DNA of 21,029 nt from Candidatus Heimdallarchaeota archaeon. Lineage in GTDB: Archaea > Asgardarchaeota > Heimdallarchaeia > Heimdallarchaeales > Heimdallarchaeaceae. The stretch is from positions 1 through 21,029 of the forward strand of contig JAEOSZ010000037.1 in the NCBI GenBank assembly GCA_016840095.1, in the 5' to 3' direction. Below are positions 19,410-21,029 of the stretch, piece after piece. The notes beneath the pieces were generated by a model. It had not been told where the DNA came from. It did no database searches and saw only the letters and a program-made list of their open reading frames with translations. Within the stretch, counting starts at the first letter, position 1, and each line of letters begins with the position of its first letter. A program made the translations under genes and the position numbers.

Positions 19410-20645
19410 ATGAAGAAAAATAGTATTAAAAAAATGGCTTTGTTCAGTTTTATTTTGACAATCCTGATGCTATCTCCTATGTACCCAGCATATGTGGTTG
19501 CTGCTCCAACTGATATTTTCGATGCTGGATTTGATACTCAAGTTGAAACACTGATGAATACAGCTAAGGTAGAATCTTTAGCTTTAAGCATTATCAATGG
19601 AACTGAAGTATTTTATGAAACAGGTTATGGTGAACAACCAGGAACTGATAAAGTATATTGTATTGTTACTATAAGTTCCATTGTTGCCGCAACAGCAATT
19701 TTACAACTTATGGAAGATGGACTATTAGATTTAGACGATCCTGTCAATGATTATCTACCTTGGTTACTAAGAAATCCTTACTATCCTTCTACTCCGATTA
19801 CTATTCTAGATGTACTCACCGAAAGAACAGGGCTAGCAACATATCAAGAAATTATAGAAGATGTGATGATTGTAGATGAAGCTCCATTTCCAGATTTCCT
19901 CAACTTAACCATAAATGAGAATGGATTGAATTATAGTATTAGCATGTGGTCAGATATTGAACCAGGAACAGCATGGCAACATTGTTGGATTCACTATGAT
20001 ATAGCAGCTTATTTAGTTGAATTAATAGCTGGTGAGTCATATGAACAGTACGTTGAGAAGAATATTTTCACTCCTTTAGGAATGACAAACACTGAATTCA
20101 CTTATACAAACTATACACTCAGTCAACTAGCTAAACAATACATCTGGAATACAACCTCTGGTGTTAATGAAGAACAGGATTTCTGGGATGATCCGGGTTT
20201 AGGATCTGTATCAATATACTCTACAGTTGGAGACCTGTCTAGATTTCTTATAGCTCACATGAACAAAGGAGTTTACAATTCAGTAAGAATATTAGAAGAA
20301 ACCTCCGTAGAGTTAATGCAAACAGAAGTTGCTGGTAGTGCTGGTTTATTTTGGGTAGATTATGGTAGGGATGATTATCAAGGATACAGAACTTATCCTT
20401 GGATTGGTGCAGCATCCATGATAACTAAAGCAAATGTAGGTGTCGTCGCTTTTTACAACCAAGGATTTTATAATTATTACCAAAAACTAAATGACATAAC
20501 AAATTATATATTCGCCAAAGCCAAAGAACTGATTCCCACACCACCTACTACACCAAGTGAAACTAGTTTAGGTTTCATTGCTATCCCCATGATGTTAGCC
20601 TTTCTAGGAATAGTTTCAATTTATAATAGAAGACGAAATAAATAG
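19410..20645 (+). CDS. Secreted, C-terminally anchored beta-lactamase/PBP-like (serine hydrolase family) protein with degenerate catalytic motifs
   Basis: GLLDLDDPVNDYLP, ITILDVLTERTGL, IFTPLGMTNT and STVGDLSRF match the family. The true start is probably ATG 19410 (GGTGA SD, signal peptide MKKNSIKK..), not TTG 19329. Pro/Thr linker, TM and RRRNK at the C-terminus. Confidence 0.88.
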   Translation: MKKNSIKKMALFSFILTILMLSPMYPAYVVAAPTDIFDAGFDTQVETLMNTAKVESLALSIINGTEVFYETGYGEQPGTDKVYCIVTISSIVAATAILQLMEDGLLDLDDPVNDYLPWLLRNPYYPSTPITILDVLTERTGLATYQEIIEDVMIVDEAPFPDFLNLTINENGLNYSISMWSDIEPGTAWQHCWIHYDIAAYLVELIAGESYEQYVEKNIFTPLGMTNTEFTYTNYTLSQLAKQYIWNTTSGVNEEQDFWDDPGLGSVSIYSTVGDLSRFLIAHMNKGVYNSVRILEETSVELMQTEVAGSAGLFWVDYGRDDYQGYRTYPWIGAASMITKANVGVVAFYNQGFYNYYQKLNDITNYIFAKAKELIPTPPTTPSETSLGFIAIPMMLAFLGIVSIYNRRRNK

Positions 20646-20721
20646 TTTATTTCACCTCTTTCTCTTTTTCTGAGGAACCATAAACACGAAGCTACATTAT
20701 AATAAGAATAAAAAAAGAAAT

Positions 20722-20748
20722 CAACCTCTCTAAGGTTGAAAAAATGAA
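20722..20748. repeat. 27-bp direct repeat, right copy; on the minus strand a hairpin followed by a T-tract
   Basis: caacctctctaaggttgaaaaaatgaa. Both differences from the left copy are in the 5-nt loop. Confidence 0.85.
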
Positions 20749-20831
20749 AAGGATTAGTAGACCCCATTTGTTGATTTTCAGCTAAAACTCTATGAGATTC
20801 TCGATTACAATCAGTAGAGATGAGATAAGAG

Positions 20832-21029
20832 TCATTCTTTTTCTGATATTGAATTTCTATTTATATTCAATTTATCAATACTTCTAATAAATGAATAAAT
20901 AACTCCAATTGTGATTATAATTAAGAAGATAAGAAATACTACTCGCATTGAAATTAAATAGTTTGGTGGATGTTCTAAACCCAATCCTGTTCTTTTCTCT
21001 AGTATTCTTTCTGCTAGATAAGATATTAG
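20832..21029 (-). CDS. Partial (C-terminal 65 aa) membrane protein entering from the right edge
   Basis: Open frame LISYLAERILEKRTGLGLEHPPNYLISMRVVFLIFLIIITIGVIYSFIRSIDKLNINRNSISEKE* with one TM; TGA at 20832-20834. Confidence 0.65.
   Translation of the reverse strand, partial: LISYLAERILEKRTGLGLEHPPNYLISMRVVFLIFLIIITIGVIYSFIRSIDKLNINRNSISEKE

Noticed and set aside
15746-20748. The 3' half of the flanking repeat (aggttgaaaaaatgaa) differs by one base from the SD/start of the two target genes (aggtgaaaaaatgaa), suggesting antisense control or leader peptides
   Set aside because: The sequence is low-complexity and A-rich, and aaaaaatgaaa also occurs at ~10044. The ORFs starting there (37 aa and 13 aa) are unrelated and featureless. 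It cannot be supported without RNA data.
15735-20748. CRISPR array or integron interpretation of the repeats
   Set aside because: Each repeat has only two copies, kilobases apart. There are no spacers, cas genes, integrase or attC-like core sites.
15807-20869. Shared 12-mer tatttatattca at 15807 and 20858, as an extension of the flanking repeat
   Set aside because: AT-rich, at different spacing from the repeat, and the second copy lies inside the minus-strand CDS. Probably chance.

Overview
AT-rich, gene-dense window that reads as archaeal: GGTGA Shine-Dalgarno sites, TATA-like boxes and T-tract terminators. The protein architectures (TM+basic C-terminal anchors, a GxGTxxDPY beta-helix protein) suggest an Asgard archaeon, possibly Heimdallarchaeia; this is inference only. 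Bases 1-15.7 kb hold mostly unlinked hydrolase, transport and housekeeping genes: partial ALDH-like gene, MBL hydrolase, formate/nitrite transporter, ProXp-ala editing protein, creatininase-like protein, M14, S66 and S8 peptidases, stand-alone E2 acyltransferase, TatD, cupin, amidohydrolase and alpha/beta hydrolase. There is also an unannotated 48-aa basic zinc-finger microprotein. The most interesting part is a ~5 kb module at 15.7-20.75 kb. It encodes a membrane-spanning winged-helix regulator with an extracellular domain, followed by two unrelated surface-protein genes. Both genes carry the same 29-bp operator-like box (28/29 identical, built from 11-bp direct repeats) just upstream of weak TATA boxes. 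One gene encodes a beta-lactamase-fold protein that has lost its catalytic motifs. The whole module is bracketed by a 27-bp direct repeat. This looks like a self-contained ToxR/CadC-like transmembrane one-component regulon with a candidate binding site visible in the sequence. No rRNA, tRNA, CRISPR array, transposase or integrase was recognised.
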